A DNA stretch of 64,000 nucleotides, taken from the NCBI RefSeq assembly GCF_009914755.1, contig NC_060942.1; one strand, given 5' to 3'. The notes beneath the pieces were generated by a model. The model did no database searches. It was not told the DNA's origin and was given only the letters and a program-made list of their open reading frames with translations. Position numbers and translations under genes: made by a program. Of this stretch, positions 1 through 17,223 are shown piece by piece; position 1 is the stretch's first letter, and each line of letters starts with the position of its first letter. The DNA comes from the human T2T-CHM13v2.0 reference genome, Homo sapiens.

Positions 1-132
1 CAGGCATGAGGTACCTGCTGGGCCCACCGTGCTCACTGCTTTCTCACTGCGTCTGGAGGTCCTGAGTGAGTATCTCTTGGATTTTGAGTTCCACAGTTTG
101 TGTCCTGAGTTCTCCAAGTTTGAGTGATTTTG

Positions 133-789
<657 letters not shown>

Positions 790-866
790 TGAAGTGGGTG
801 TTCAGTGGGAACTGGACTGGCTTCAGCTGGAGGCTTCGGGTAGGTAAAATTTTAGAGGGACAAGGT

Positions 867-1826
867 ATGATGTGTTCATCAGCATCTAAGGAGTCTGGGA
901 GTCCTCTGTCCAGAACACAAGCCAATAATATGTTCAGAAATTATGGACCCCAAACCTGTGGTTTTCTAGAGAAATGAATGCACCTTACTAGAGACCATTT
1001 AAAGTGGCAGTGGGATGGGTTAAAAACATTTTTTTTTTAAACTAAAACTTAATTCCTAGGTTCACAACAATGAGAAGTTTTGAGCTGGATAAAACTGTTC
1101 ATTTATGGAGCATATTGGAAAAGGAGGGATCACACATGTCTCAGAAACAATGGGATGCATTTCCTGTTTGGTAGAGGGAGGCTTCTAAAAGGTTGATTGG
1201 TTACAAAATTGCCTCTCTAAAAGACTCCTTTCTAAAGGCAAATAAGGAAACTGAAAAGCTTAAGAGATGAATTAAAGACGAAAATAAAAATAATTATATG
1301 GTAACTGACATAACTTTGACCATTTCCGCCCTTTATTCTCAATATATTTGTACACCCATTTTCTCAGCTTACACCTACTGATCCTTTTGCCCAGTTATGC
1401 TTATACCCTGAAGATGATGAGAGATGGGAAGTTAGGCCCTCAGAACAGCCATGTCTGGTTCCTATAACTACTTTTGCTCAAAACCGAGTAAAAAAACTGG
1501 TGAAAAATTGAACTCAGAGTCATAGCAAAAGATTTTCCAAACCTTAGAGAAAACCTCAAAAAATTTACTGAGGAATTTAGAATTCTCACAGGAGCCCGTG
1601 ACTCTGGACCTCCCAATTTGTGTCAGGATAAGACATGAGATGGGACCTGGGGAGGCAAGTAACTGGATGGCCACAGCAGGATGGGATACGCCTGAGGAAG
1701 TACTGCCAGTCATGCAAGTGGTACTTCTAGGGTGGCCCAAATATGCCAGAAAAATGGCTGAAAAACTTTAGAAGCTATCCCCGTTGTCTTTCCATAAAAG
1801 ATTCCCTGCTCCATTATTCAAACAGG
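867..1826 (+). pseudogene. Decayed class I ERV gag (MA/CA) of an old outer provirus
   Basis: MCSSASKESGSP...NYGPQTCGFLEK and ELRVIAKDFPNLRENLKKFTEEFRIL (1510) resemble ERV1 Gag; many stop codons. Confidence 0.65.
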
Positions 1827-2609
1827 TGTGAAAGGAAAATCAAAAACTCAGGACCCCAATTCACCATGCCAAAGGAAAAAATCAAGCTGAAAGCTGAGTC
1901 ATGCAAGAAGCTGCCTTTTGTTCCTAAGCAGATAGCTACAGATAAAAGGTGAAATATCTCCACAGGGACCTTATCTTATATAACGTGTCCAGTTACTGAG
2001 TGCGAGACGAATACATAATCGACTGTCCCCCTACCTGCTTTTTTTCTCTTGCAACACCTGGATTACCATGCCCTCCCTTTGCCCCCTCCAGCTCACTTTT
2101 CCCCTTTAAATACTGAAGCCCTCAAAATCATCTTTGGACAAAGGCACAGACCACAGACTGTTTCTGTGATTCCATGTTTATTTCTTCCAGGCATTGTCCT
2201 TAACCTTGGCAAAATAAACTTCTAAGTTGATATCCATTATGTATATGTGCATATTTAAAAGGACTTTATACTTTTTTTTTCTCTCCCAGGATCTTGTTTT
2301 TTGAGAAAAAGTTTTTTTTTTTTTTTAAATTCTCAGTCAACTGAATTCTATTCTCTCCAGTTCTCTCCACTTACTTCTGCCTGTCTCTCCTTCCTTTGCC
2401 ATCCTCTACTGCATGAGGAACCTAAACTAATTTCTGACAGCCTGGGATTCCTTAAAGAAAACAGAGAAGGTGCCAGACTCCTTTTTGGGGAATTTTCCTC
2501 TGTGTTTCCTTATGGAATCCCAAGAGGACGAACAGACAAGTTCTGCTCGGATCTTAAACTGCTTGCTTTTTATTGTGTTGTCTGATTTTTCTTTTGACTA
2601 AAATAGTTA

Positions 2610-3523
<914 letters not shown>

Positions 3524-4021
3524 GTTATTACAACAGGGGCTACTCTTGGGTGTTTAAGATAAGTAAGGGTGTGGTTTAGACACTTAGAGAAACGTTTCTG
3601 TAACAAAGTGCACTGTAAAAGCATTACATGGCCTAGTCCCACGACAGCTCTTTTTTTGGAGACCCAGGATTCCCTGTGAGCTCTGCTTAGAGCTCAGAGA
3701 TCCAGTTAAAAGACAGAGACTGAGTTTAAAACTACTTATCTAAATAAAAATGGTCTCCTTATACAATCCTGTGGTAGATTTCTATAATTTTATGTTTGAC
3801 TTGCCAGGCATTTTTAATCTTCCTGTAACGCACCAACACTCTCTCTCTCCCTACTTGGAGATATAAATATTGCTATCTGATTTTCACCTAGGAGTTGTTG
3901 CTTTAGTTTGCACATTTAGGGCTGTCTTACTGACAATTGCCTAGGGTAATGAAACAGGTTATCAAAAAATTGGAAGTCTTGGCTGGGCGTGGTGGCTCAT
4001 GCCGGTAATCCCAGCTATTCA

Positions 4022-4168
<147 letters not shown>

Positions 4169-4260
4169 TTAAAGTAGGAGGAAAAAAAGGGGTCTTTGGT
4201 TGGGTGCGGTGGCTCATGCCTGCAATCCTAGTACTTTGGGAGGACGAGATGGGAGGATTG

Positions 4261-4803
4261 TGCTGAGACCAGCTTGGTCTGGGAGACCCTAACCCAGTGG
4301 CGCTAGAGGAATTAAGGACACACACACAGAAATATAGAGGTGTGAAGTGGGAAATCAGGGGTCTCACAGCCTTCAGAGCTGAGAGCCTCGAACAGAGATT
4401 TACCCACGTATTTACTAACAGCAAGCCAGTCATTAGCATTGTTTCTATGGATATTTGATTAACTAAAAGTGTCCCTTATGGGAAATGGGATTAACTGAAA
4501 GTATCCCTTATGGGAAACAAAGGGATGGGCCGAAATAAAGGAATAGGTTGGGCTAGTTAACTGCAGGAGGAGCATGTTCTTAAGGCACAGATCGCTCATG
4601 CTATTGTTTGTGGCTTAAGAATGCCTTTAAGTGGTTTTCCGCCCTGGGTGGGCCAGGTGTTCCTTGCCCTCATTCCAGTAAACCCACAACCTTCCAGCGT
4701 GGGCGTTATGGCCATCATGAACATATCACAGTGCTGCAGAGATTTTGTTTATGGCCAGTTTTGGGCCATTTAAGGCCAGATTTTGGGGCGCTTGTTCCCA
4801 ACA
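4261..4803 (-). mobile_element. MER9 (HERV-K HML-3) solo LTR inserted into an Alu
   Basis: minus-strand start TGTTGGGAACAAG; 6-bp TSD GGATTG at 4255-4260 and 4804-4809; Alu halves at 4198-4260 and 4804-5037. Confidence 0.85.
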
Positions 4804-5050
4804 GGATTGCTTGAGGCTAGGAGTTTGAGACCAGCCTGGGCAACATAAGGAGACCCCATCTTTATGAAAAATACAAAAATTAGCTGGGTATAGTGACACA
4901 TGCCTGTAGTCCCAGATACGCAGGAGGCTGAGGCAGAAGGATTACTTGGGCCCAGGTGGTCAAAGCTGCAGAGAACTATGATTGTGCCACTGCACTCCAG
5001 CCTGGGTGACACAGTATGAGAACTTATCTCAAAAAAAGGGGGTCTTATGA

Positions 5051-5326
<276 letters not shown>

Positions 5327-5418
5327 TGAGCCACTGCGTCCGGCCAAAAGGGAGTCTCATGAATCTACTTCTACCTGTGTGTCTGATACATCTGTGTATC
5401 TGTGTCATGTATACATTT

Positions 5419-5916
5419 TGTAGCAGGACGAGCTGTAGACAAAACTCCTCAGACACCGAGTTAAAGAAGGAAGGGGTTTATTCAGCTGGGAACATTGGCA
5501 AGACTCCTGTCTCAAGAGCCAACCTCCCTGAGTGAGCAATTCCTATCCCTTTTAAGGGCTCACAACTCTAAGGGGGTCTGCGTGAGAGGCTCGTGATCGA
5601 TTGAGCAAGCAGGGGGTATGTGACGGGGCTGCATGCACCAGTGGTCAGAGTGAAACAGGACAAACCAGGAAGTTTCACAATGTCTTTTCTATACAATGTC
5701 TGGAATCTATAGATAACATAACCAGTTAGGTCAGGGGTCGATCTTTAACTACCAGGCTTAGGTCAGGCGGGCCCAGGCTTGGTTTCGGGTCTGGTTCCTT
5801 GGCTTCGGGTCTGGTTCCTAGGCACCGGGCTACCTGACTTTTGTTTCACTTTTCTTTTCTTTTCTGAGTATAAAACAATGTAAAACGATATGAGAGGGTC
5901 TGTCTCTCTTCTCTCG
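5419..5916 (-). mobile_element. LTR6A-like (HERV-S71) solo LTR
   Basis: minus-strand start GAGAGAAGAGAGACAGACCCTCTCATA, end CTCGTCCTGCTACA. Confidence 0.65.
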
Positions 5917-7036
5917 GTTTCACTACCCAAAATATATAAGAGCTCTAATTAGCTTAAAGAAAAAAAGAGGCACTTAAATCAAATCTTTTATCAGAAAAAT
6001 AGAGACTTTAAGCTCAAATGCGTTTTCAGGTTCACATGACTCACAAATCTTTAATAAATAAGCTGGTTTAAAAATGATTGGTAAAATAAAATTAGAAATG
6101 CCTTCTGAATTATCAACATACATTATTGTTTAGATTTATTGGTCAAGTGGTTTTATATTTATCTCTGCTAGATATTATAAGGTGTCAAAATTTGGCATGA
6201 GGGCTATAAAGCTATAAATGTAGCCCAAAAGAGAATTACCTTTAATGTTGTTGTTTTAATGAAAACAATGAGATTCTGAGTTATTGGCAAAAAAAGTCCA
6301 TTTATTTAACCTCAAGGTTCCTACTTACGTAAACAACTGAAATTCATAGGCTGTAAAAATGGTTAACAGGGAAATAACTTTAAATGATAACTATCGCAGT
6401 TTTCATAAGTAATCTCTGCAGGTTCTAACTGCTGTTGTGGCCTTATGCTAAAATGTTTTATCTTAAAGGTCTGAAGGAAATATTTTCTTCCAATGTAACA
6501 TTCTGTGCTGTTGGCCTTAAATTGTTCTATGAAATCAAAGATTTTCACTTATGACCCCAGACACAGTCTTCCTATTCTAACTAATTCAAGTACCATTTTC
6601 ACGAGTTTTGACTTGCAGGTTATCTAAATGTGCTCCCTGTAGGGAAAAACAATCACACTGCAGAAGGTCTTTTCATTTGCTGTTTGGTAACTGGCCTAAC
6701 AAACAGATTTTACATTTTTTGAAATAATTCCTACATCATCGTCATTAAGTTTTGATTTGCTTAGGAAAACTAAGATGAAAAAACCAAGGCTATCACATCT
6801 ACATAACTTTCTACATTGCTTTTAAAGTCCTTGTGCTGTTAAGTTATAGGGCTTTGACTCTTGGGTCTAAAAAGGACTTCAAATCCTGCTAAACCTTAAA
6901 CACTGACAGCAGTTAAAGCCTCATCTTCAGATCCAGAGAAGATGCCAATCAAAATAAACTGTGTTAATGAGACACTGGGCCAAAAATTAAAACTATTCAA
7001 CTTCTCTAGGCCCAGAGACTATTGCAGAAGAGGTAG

Positions 7037-7414
<378 letters not shown>

Positions 7415-10400
7415 TGATCCGCCTGCCACAGCCTCCCAAAGTGCTGGGATTACAGGTGTGAGCCACTGCGCCCAGCCTATTTTACAACTTTATAAATTAT
7501 AGATAAATTATAACAATGGGAAATAGGCTGGGTGTGGTAGCTCATACCTCTAATCCCAGCATTTTGGGAGGCAAAAGCGGATGGATCACTTGAGGTCAGG
7601 AGTTCGAGACCAGCTTGATCAACATGGTGAAACCCTGTCTCTACTGAAAATACAAAAAATTAGCCAGGCTTGGTGGCAGATGCCTGTAATCCCAGCTTCT
7701 CAGGAGACTGAGGCGGGAGAATCGCTCGAACCCAGGAGGCAGAGGTTTCAGTGAGCTGAGATTGTACCATTGCACTGCAGCCTGGGTGACAGAGAAAGAC
7801 TCTGTCTCAAAAAAAAAAAAATTACAAACAGTTATAACAAGGCTTATGAAAATTATATCTGATGGTCAAGATGATTAAAATGTAATAGATTTGTTGATAA
7901 GATTTAAGAGAGATATAATTGGCCTCATGTTGTCTTTATTAAGGCTTATTATTTAGGAAATTAAGTCTCCTTTCTCAAAGAATAAAGATTTCTGCCTCTT
8001 TTTTTTTGGGAAATCTTTGAGTTATAATGTGGTCTAAATAAATGACTTATTTTACAATGACTTGTGATCCTATTTTGTGATATCAAATGTTTTTAAAACT
8101 TTTTATGTTTGACCAACTTTCCAAAATCAAATTCTAAGTTCGATCCTTTTGACCTCATTAATTTTTTGAATTTAGGTCCTCTGAAGTCCAAAAGAGACAT
8201 TTTCAGCTTATTTGGTATAACAAAAGCATACAGAAAACATTATTAAATATGAAATGGTGTTTAACCTTCTTTGGATTATATTTATATAAATGTATTATTA
8301 GTATGCCTTCCAAATGAAGGTATATGAAATTCCTATATGAAATTCCTATAATTCTGATATGTATTAGTATACATTATGGTAGTATTATGATTATTATTTA
8401 AAATTGTTGCATGCCACATAAGTAACCAAATTTCCTTGTCATTTGTGTCTTTAACCATGGCTGTTCTAAGACTTTGTCATCCACAATTGTTGTTTACTTT
8501 GATCCTTTTATAGAGTGGCTTATAATCAACTATAGAACTCTGAGTACTCTGATAATTTTAGAGATTGTGCCATTGGAATAGAGAGAAAAACTTCCAGGAC
8601 TCTCATGGAGAGCTGATGTATTCGTGAGGATTGTCAATCCAATATTGGAAGAACAGAAGTTAATTGCATGGATTAAACTAACAGAAGCCTGAAATAATCT
8701 TTCATTACTTTTTGTTTAACACATTTGCTGATTCTTTTTGTTTTGTTTTTCAGAGTGAAGAAAACTTTTTCTTCTTTTAAGTTATTTACAGTTTTTAACG
8801 TTGAGTAAAGTGTATTCTAGCAAGCAAAATTCAACATAATTTATTTCTCTCTACCTAATTTCTCTGAAATTCAGAAACTATTTGTGAGTGTTCTTAATTT
8901 ATGGCAATATACTTATTTGTATAAGTTCCATAGGAACCTGCTTTCTTTTATTACAGGCCATACCTGGAGACACTGGTTATTTTCCCAAGTCTTTGACTGG
9001 AATGGCATATTTTCAGATTGCCTTGAGGAAATGAGGTTGACCTATAGAGCCAATTAAAGCCCTTCAGAAAAACTGGCCCCATACCTTGTCCTTCATAGGG
9101 TTCTGACCTGTGACAAGTAAAGAATGTTGGTTTCTGACAGGCCCAGGAATCCCAAGTTTTCTTGGGATATTGAAAAGAGGAAGTCACCCAGGCTGAGCTT
9201 GAGGTTTTTAAAAAGGTCTAATCTCAGATGCCTTGAGGAAAAGCTTCCAGCAAAGTCAATTTAAAAAAAAAATAGAGTCTACATGGCAAATGATTATTCT
9301 TGCTGCACTTTATGCAAATAATCAAGCCAAGTATAATAAGGCTAAAACTTATTTTACAAATAAACTGGTCCTACTATGATTTTGTCTTTAATAAAATTGG
9401 GAAATTGGAGAGAGAAAAATTATGTTTCAAAATAATGTATAGTACACATGTTATTAGATTCTAGCCTTGTGCAGTGTTTTCCAATTTTTATTATTTTCTA
9501 CAATTTGGACTGAATCCAGAAATGTTTCCTGTCCACAAGTCTTAAAATAATGTTTTCAATTTTTTTCTTTCTTTGTTTTTCCTGCTCCCCATTTTTCCTG
9601 ATTTGAAATACTGAAGCTAGACAAATTAAACTTTGGAAGAAAATGACAGCAACCTATTTATATACATAAACCATTTTCATATCTGCCTACCGATGTGTGG
9701 ACTTCAGAGTAATATGGCCTGTATCAGTTTTCCGGGATTTTTCTTCCTTTTTTTTTTTTTGGTTATTGCCTCCTTTTTCCCCTCTGTTTTCTCTTTTCCT
9801 TCCCCTATTTTTTCTTCATAGGATGTGAGAGTTCACAACCTGTTCCAAATGAGCATTCCCAACAACATAGGACCTGTTTGTCTATGAATAAACTCTCTTA
9901 GCCATGAAAGATCAGGCAAAATCCAAGACCAGTGACTCATTTTCTTCTAAAATGTTTTCTCCAAAAGATTTTCAAAAGAAAACAGAGGAGGAATATAAAA
10001 GGAAAATAAAAACTTGGGACCCCAATTCACTGTGACAAAAGGAAAAAAAATCAAGCTGAAAGCTGAGTACGTAAGAAACTGCCTTTCCTTTTGTTTCTAA
10101 GTAGATAGCTACAGATAAAATGTTGAATATCTCAACAGGTAGCTCCTCTATATTCATCTTATCTCACGATTTACTGAGCAGATGAATACATAATTGACTA
10201 TTCCCTTACCTGTTCCTTTTCTCTTGCAACACGTGGATTACCATACCCTCCCTCTTTCCTCTCCAGCCTGTTTTTCCCCTTTAAATATTAAAGCCCTCAA
10301 AATTATCTTTGAAGAAAGGCACAGACACCTGCCTCCTGGGTATGTCATTAACCTTGGCAAAATAAATTTTTTGCTTACATGTGTAAGCCAAAAAAAGATT

Positions 10401-10466
10401 AGTTGCTTCGTGATTACAGGGCTAGATTGAGAATCTCACTTGTTAAACATTCTGGTCTTAAAATGG

Positions 10467-10940
10467 TTGACAAAAAAGTCAAGCTCTAAAATATTTGAAG
10501 AGATTTATTCTGAGCTAAATATGAATGATCAATGGCCAGTGACACAGCCCTTAGGAGATCCCGAGAACATGTGACCAAGGTGGTTGGGGCACAGCCTAGT
10601 TTTATACATTTTAGGGAGACATGAGACATCAATCAAATACATGTAAGATATACATTGATTCAATCCGGAAATGCGGGACAACTCGAAGTAGGGGCTTCCA
10701 GATCACAGGTAGATTTAAACATTTTCTTATTGGCAATTTGTTGTAAGAATTGTTATTAATAGAAAGGAATATGTGGGTTATGATAAGGGGTTGTGGAGAC
10801 CAGAGTTTTGTTATGCAGATGAAGCCTCCAGGTAGCAGGCTTCAGAGAGAGTAGTGTTTCTTATCAGACTTAAGGTCTGTTGATATTAAATGCTGGTCAG
10901 TTTTTCCCAAATTCCAAAAGAGAAGAGGGTATAATGAGAC
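10467..10940 (-). mobile_element. MER4-group LTR fragment, reverse orientation
   Basis: GAGATTTATTCTGAG...TTTTATACATTTTAGGGAGACATGAGACATCAATCAAATACATG, a typical MER4 reverse motif. Confidence 0.65.
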
Positions 10941-11171
10941 TCCTATATGCTAGTGAAATCCTTAATTTAGGGCCACTTGTACATGAAGTGACCCCTCATA
11001 AAAGGACACCCACCCCCATCTCCCAAACCCAATCATATAAAAGAGTTTTGCCTTCATTCCTTTGTAAGAGTACTTTCTCCTCAGCTGGGAATCTCTGAAT
11101 TGGAAAAATGACTTATTAATATTTCAGCAACTCCTGAAAAAAGCTTTGCTGATATTTTGGATTCTCTCTAA

Positions 11172-11339
11172 GCAGTGCAATCTGAGATGAATTATTTGGC
11201 CTCAGTAGTACTCCAAACTAGAAGAGTTCTGAACACTTCGATTGCTCAACAAGGAGGAGCTTGTGACCTAATTGGTGAAAAGTGTTGTTTTGATGTTAAT
11301 AAGTCAGGCGTTGTTGACCAAAATTTAAAAGGTCTTTAA
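11172..11339 (+). pseudogene. ERV env TM relic with immunosuppressive domain and CX6CC
   Basis: translates AVQSEMNYLASVVLQTRRVLNTSIAQQGGACDLIGEKCCFDVNKSGVV; flanked by stops. Confidence 0.85.
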
Positions 11340-11762
11340 GAATAACAGGAGTTTTCCGTCAGATGAGCACTGCCTCCTGCATTGACTCAGCTGGTTAAAT
11401 CTTGCTTCCCAGGAATCTTTGCTCAGAGGAATCTTTCAATCCACGGCCACCATTCTCCTTACAGTTATTGTATTTACCTCCCTGGTGTGTCATATGCTTC
11501 CTGAGGGTATTCAATGCTTTCCAGCAGCCACTCATACATCAAATAATTGCCACCAGGCTCAGACAACTTGAGTAAACTAATAAACACTGACTCTGTAATT
11601 CCTAGCAGCAGCTATACGTCTCCAAAGCCCAGCGTATCTACTGATGATAACAGCATCTACCTAATTTTTCTTCTATCTATGTCAGTAGTGACAGCCAAGA
11701 GTAACACTGTGCTATTTGGTCACGTTCTCAGCTTGCTGTTTGGATGAACAAAAGCGGGGAAT

Positions 11763-12197
11763 TGTTAAAGCAAAATTAAAATGGAGATCGAGCCTAAAAA
11801 ATTCCTGAGCAAACAAAACCAGCTAGGCCTTAAAATAGTCTTAACCTTGCTTAAACTGCAAACACAGGCAAAATTTGACTTGGGTCATAACTATGAATGT
11901 AAGCGAAACTTAACTTTTGTCATTTTTGGTGAATGCTTATGTTAGAAAACTTAAGCTCAGCCAATCATAAGCAGCCAATTAATGTGACTAGGGACTTTCC
12001 AATAAAAAATGCAATTTGATTACTGGCAACCAAATAATTTTTAAATTTTTCTTCCACATTTACCCCCAAAATACTTGCCCCTGATGATTTGTCATTGGAA
12101 TACTAAACCTCTTTTGGCCTGGTGTTCCCCAATTTGTAAATTGCTTCTTACTCAAAGTCTTTAAAATTTTATTGTATCTTAGATGTTTCTTTTTACA
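11763..12197 (+). mobile_element. 3' LTR of the outer ERV1 provirus (MER89/MER110-like; subfamily uncertain)
   Basis: polypurine tract AAAAGCGGGGAA followed by TGTTAAAG...; ends TTTTACA. Confidence 0.65.
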
Positions 12198-12670
12198 CAC
12201 TTAACCCATTCACAGAATTTTTGCCTGCTATTCCTGCAACTTTGGGCTCTGTTGGTTTGGAGGTCTTGGGAATTCTTCCACTAGGAGACACCGTGATGCT
12301 TCCATTGATTTGGAGATAAGATGGCCACTTGGCCGTGAACTACTGGCTGGAGTGATTGATTCCAATTACCAGGGGGAATTTGGTGGCTGTCACACAATAG
12401 AGGCAAGGAGGGCCATGTCTGGAACCCAGAGCAGTCTCTGGAACACCTCTTAGTACTACCATACCCAATAAGAGAATTTAAATGTAAAAATATAGCAAGT
12501 AAAAAATGTAGGCCTACCAAGGATTCAGCCCCTTTGGGAGTGAAGGTTTGAGTCACCCCCCAAGCACAGAACTTGAGCAGCTGAGGTACTGGCTGAGGAA
12601 ATGGAACATGGAATGACTAGTGGAAGAAGAAAGGCTTATCAACTGCAGCCTTGTGACTAGCATAGAAATG
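12198..12670 (+). mobile_element. ERVL-type internal fragment (dUTPase-region relic)
   Basis: CCTGCAACTTTGGGCTCTG...GTGATTGATTCCAATTACCAGGGGGAA resembles ERVL-E/HERV16 internal sequence. Confidence 0.6.
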
Positions 12671-12698
12671 AGGATAGTAGGCCGGTCACGCTGGCTTA

Positions 12699-13019
<321 letters not shown>

Positions 13020-13944
13020 TCATGGTTTTGACTCACATGTATATGCTATGTGTCTATATTCAGTACTCTCTTATTTTCTCCCTCTCCTTCTCCCATTATT
13101 ATTATTATCATCATTAAGACAGGAACTCTCTCTGTCACCCAGGCTGGAGTGCACTGGTGCAATCTCGGCTCACTGCATCCTCCATTTCCTAGGCTCAAGT
13201 GATCCTCCTACCTCAGCCTCCTGAGTAGCTGGGACTACAGGTGCACATCACCACTCCTGGCTAATTTTTGTATTTTTTGTAGAAATGGGGTTTTGCCATG
13301 TTGCCCATGCTGGTCTTGAATTCCTAGGCTCAAGCAATCCACTCACTGCAGCCTCCTAAGGTGCTGGGATTACTGGTGCGAGCCACTGCACCCCGCCCCT
13401 CTCTCCCTTTATCTCATTATCGTACCATCCCTGTAGAACTTAACATTTGTGTTATAGTGATCTGATATGTGTCTGCCTCCCTGGTAGGCAGGATCCTTGA
13501 GGGAAGAGACCTTTTATATACACACCGAACATAGGCCCAGTCCACTGGGCATGCCACCTGGCATTCTTCTGTTGCTTCTGCCCAGGGATCATCTGCTAAC
13601 CACCTGCAATTCCCTGCACAGAAACAATGGGTTTAATTCAACTTAGGATTACTAATAATTATCACTTGGCTCAGCAGGCTTGTCCTGCTGGGCAAACTCA
13701 CCAGATAGCAGTTAGACATTTAAGAAACTGCTATGGTTTATGTAAAATAATAAGCATTCTCTCCTCCCTCTTCTATGTATAGACTGCTTAATAATAATAG
13801 TTATTAATAGCTAGTATTAATTGAGTACCCAGTGCTGGAGATACAGAGAAGACATAGTCCCACTCTAGTGAGAGGTGCACTAATAAATCCTTGCTGACAG
13901 GACAGGGTGATAGTGTTATGCTAGAAGTTGCAGGGGGTTGGGGG

Positions 13945-14415
13945 TGGGTGCAGTATATGGTAAACTCACCTGATAGCATAACTTAAGCATACCCTGAGAA
14001 GGACCTTCCATGGCGGACGCCCCTGCATGCGGTTGGGAGTTCTGAGCTAAGGAATCCAGGCATGGCTTACCCGGAGATTCATTCCTTGTCTATGAAGAAC
14101 CTCTGAGCCCCCGACCCTATCCCCATCCCATGGAATTTAGGCTGTACGGGGGACCCAGGCCCTCTGTTTGGGGTTAAATGAAGGTTGCCAGGTGGAGGTC
14201 GTCAGAGGGAGGATACTATGTGAAAATGCCATTGAAACTGTGTGCCTTTTGCAAGTGGTTGCAGTTCTCCTGCTCGGTCCCCTGCCCTGGACATTCTCCC
14301 CCATATGTAAGTACCCAGTAAAAACCTCATGTCTCATTGGCTGGCTTTGGGTCTCTTCTTTGGCCTCTTGAACCTGATGCCATCCCCATTGGTGTTGATA
14401 GGGGTTCCGCACAAC
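13945..14415 (+). mobile_element. ERVL solo LTR (LTR32/LTR47-like)
   Basis: ATAACTTAAGCATACCCTGAGAA...GAGCTAAGGAATCC; ends GCACAACA. Confidence 0.55.
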
Positions 14416-14692
14416 AAGGATGGCTGCAGGAGCACGGAGGAGTGTTGTCTAACTTAAACTGGGATAGATCTTCAGGGAAGGCTTCTTGGAGGAGGTGACT
14501 CAGAGTAAGAATAGGAGTTAGCTTGACTAGCAGGGCATGGCTGTGTTAGGCTCTTTTGGTGAAGGAAACGAGATCTTATGCTAGAGAGCTTTTGCTAGCT
14601 TTAGCAGTGGCATTTGTTGTAAAGACACACAGCCAGGGATCCACGCATAGGGGTCCTGTTACAGCTGGCCCTTGTGGAGACTGGGTATAAGA

Positions 14693-14880
14693 TAGTGGAT
14701 TGCAAACTAAAGTGCACCAGAATCACCTGGAGGGCTGGCGAAAGCCCAGATTTCAGGGCCTCTCACCTCCAGGGTTTTTGATTCAGTAGGACCGAAATGA
14801 GGCCAGAGAATGTGCATTTCTAATAAGCTTGCAGGTGATACTGATGCTGCTGGTCCAGGCCCCACACTTTGAGACCTCCT
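14693..14880. mobile_element. MER5A hAT MITE
   Basis: CAGAATCACCTGGAGGGCT...GATTCAGTAGG...GTGATACTGATGCTGCTGGTCC. Confidence 0.8.
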
Positions 14881-15002
14881 CATGTCTAAAGCAGGCCTGG
14901 CAATCTCAGTCACAGACGCCCATGGATCTTGGCCCGAGCCATGTGGAGTCATGTTGGTTGTGTAGCTACCTCCTCTATTTTCTCTATTTTTTTCTTTTTT
15001 GA

Positions 15003-15218
<216 letters not shown>

Positions 15219-15398
15219 TGATCCACCTTCCTTGGCCTCCCAAAGTGCTGCAGTTACAGGCGTGAGCCACTGTGCCCGGCCTATTTTCTCTATTTTTGGT
15301 GCTTTTATTCTCTCAGGATTGTTCACACCTCCTGCTCCCTGTGTCTTTACATCTCAGCTTGCTTTACTCACTGGTGGTTTTGACCCTGCATGGCCTAA

Positions 15399-15572
<174 letters not shown>

Positions 15573-16677
15573 TAATTTTGTATTTTTAGTAGAGACAGGG
15601 TTTCTCCATGTTGGTCAGGCTGGTCTCAAACTTCTGACCTCAGGTGATCTGACCGCCTTGGCCTCCCAAAGTGCTGGGATTACAGGCATGAGCCACCGTG
15701 CCCAGCCATCCAACTGCCCATCTCTGTGCATCTCTTTGGCTTCACTCTTAGCTCTTCCTTGATGCTTTACATATTCCCCAGTTTAAAGGCTGAATAGAGA
15801 GAAACTTGATTAGCCAAGTTTGTTCCTGAAAGGGCGGAGTTTAGAGTGCTTGTTACCTCACAGGCTGCTGGCCAGCCCAGGAAGTAGCTGTGTTTGGCTC
15901 AGGTGTCCACCTGTGAAGATGGGGCCAGGGACACAGAGAGGAAACCTCCCTTGCTCTCCCAGACATCTTGGAAGAGTCACCTGAGTGTATCCTCTCACTT
16001 CCTCTCCTCCTGTTCCCCACACACTCTGCCCCAGGAGGAGCTCTATTTCTCTTTTTTCTTTACGTTTTTTAAAAAATTATTTATTATTTTTTGAGACAAG
16101 GTCTTTTTCTGTTTCCCAGGCTGGAGTGCGGTAGCATGATCATGGCTTACTGCAGCCTCGAACTCCTGGACTCAAGTGATCCTCCCACCTTAGCCTCCCA
16201 AGTAGCTGGGACCACAGGCATGCACACCACCATGCCTGGCTAATTTTTGTATTTTTTGTAGAGACGGGGTTTTGCATCATTGAACTGGCTGGTCTCAAAC
16301 TCTTGGGCTCAAGCAATCCACCTGCCTCGGCCTCCCAGAATTCAGGGATTACAGGTGTGAGCCACTGTACCTGGCCAAAATGCTCTATTTCTATAACTCT
16401 GTTGAAACTTTCCTGAGGACCATCCATGGCTCCTGTTCTCCAAGCCCAAAGGTCTCTCTTCAGTCCTCAACATTTATTCTATTTTGCTTTCTTCAATCAC
16501 TTTAGTTTTGACGAAAGTACTCGTGGTTCAAAACTTAAAAGGTACAAAAAGCTCTATAATGAAAAGAAATTCTCTTTTCAGCTCTTCCCCCAGCCATCCA
16601 AAATGCCCTCCCAAGAGGCAACAAATGTTCCTAGTTTCCTCTAAACATTCCTAGAAATATGAATATAAACATGTATA

Positions 16678-17223
<546 letters not shown>

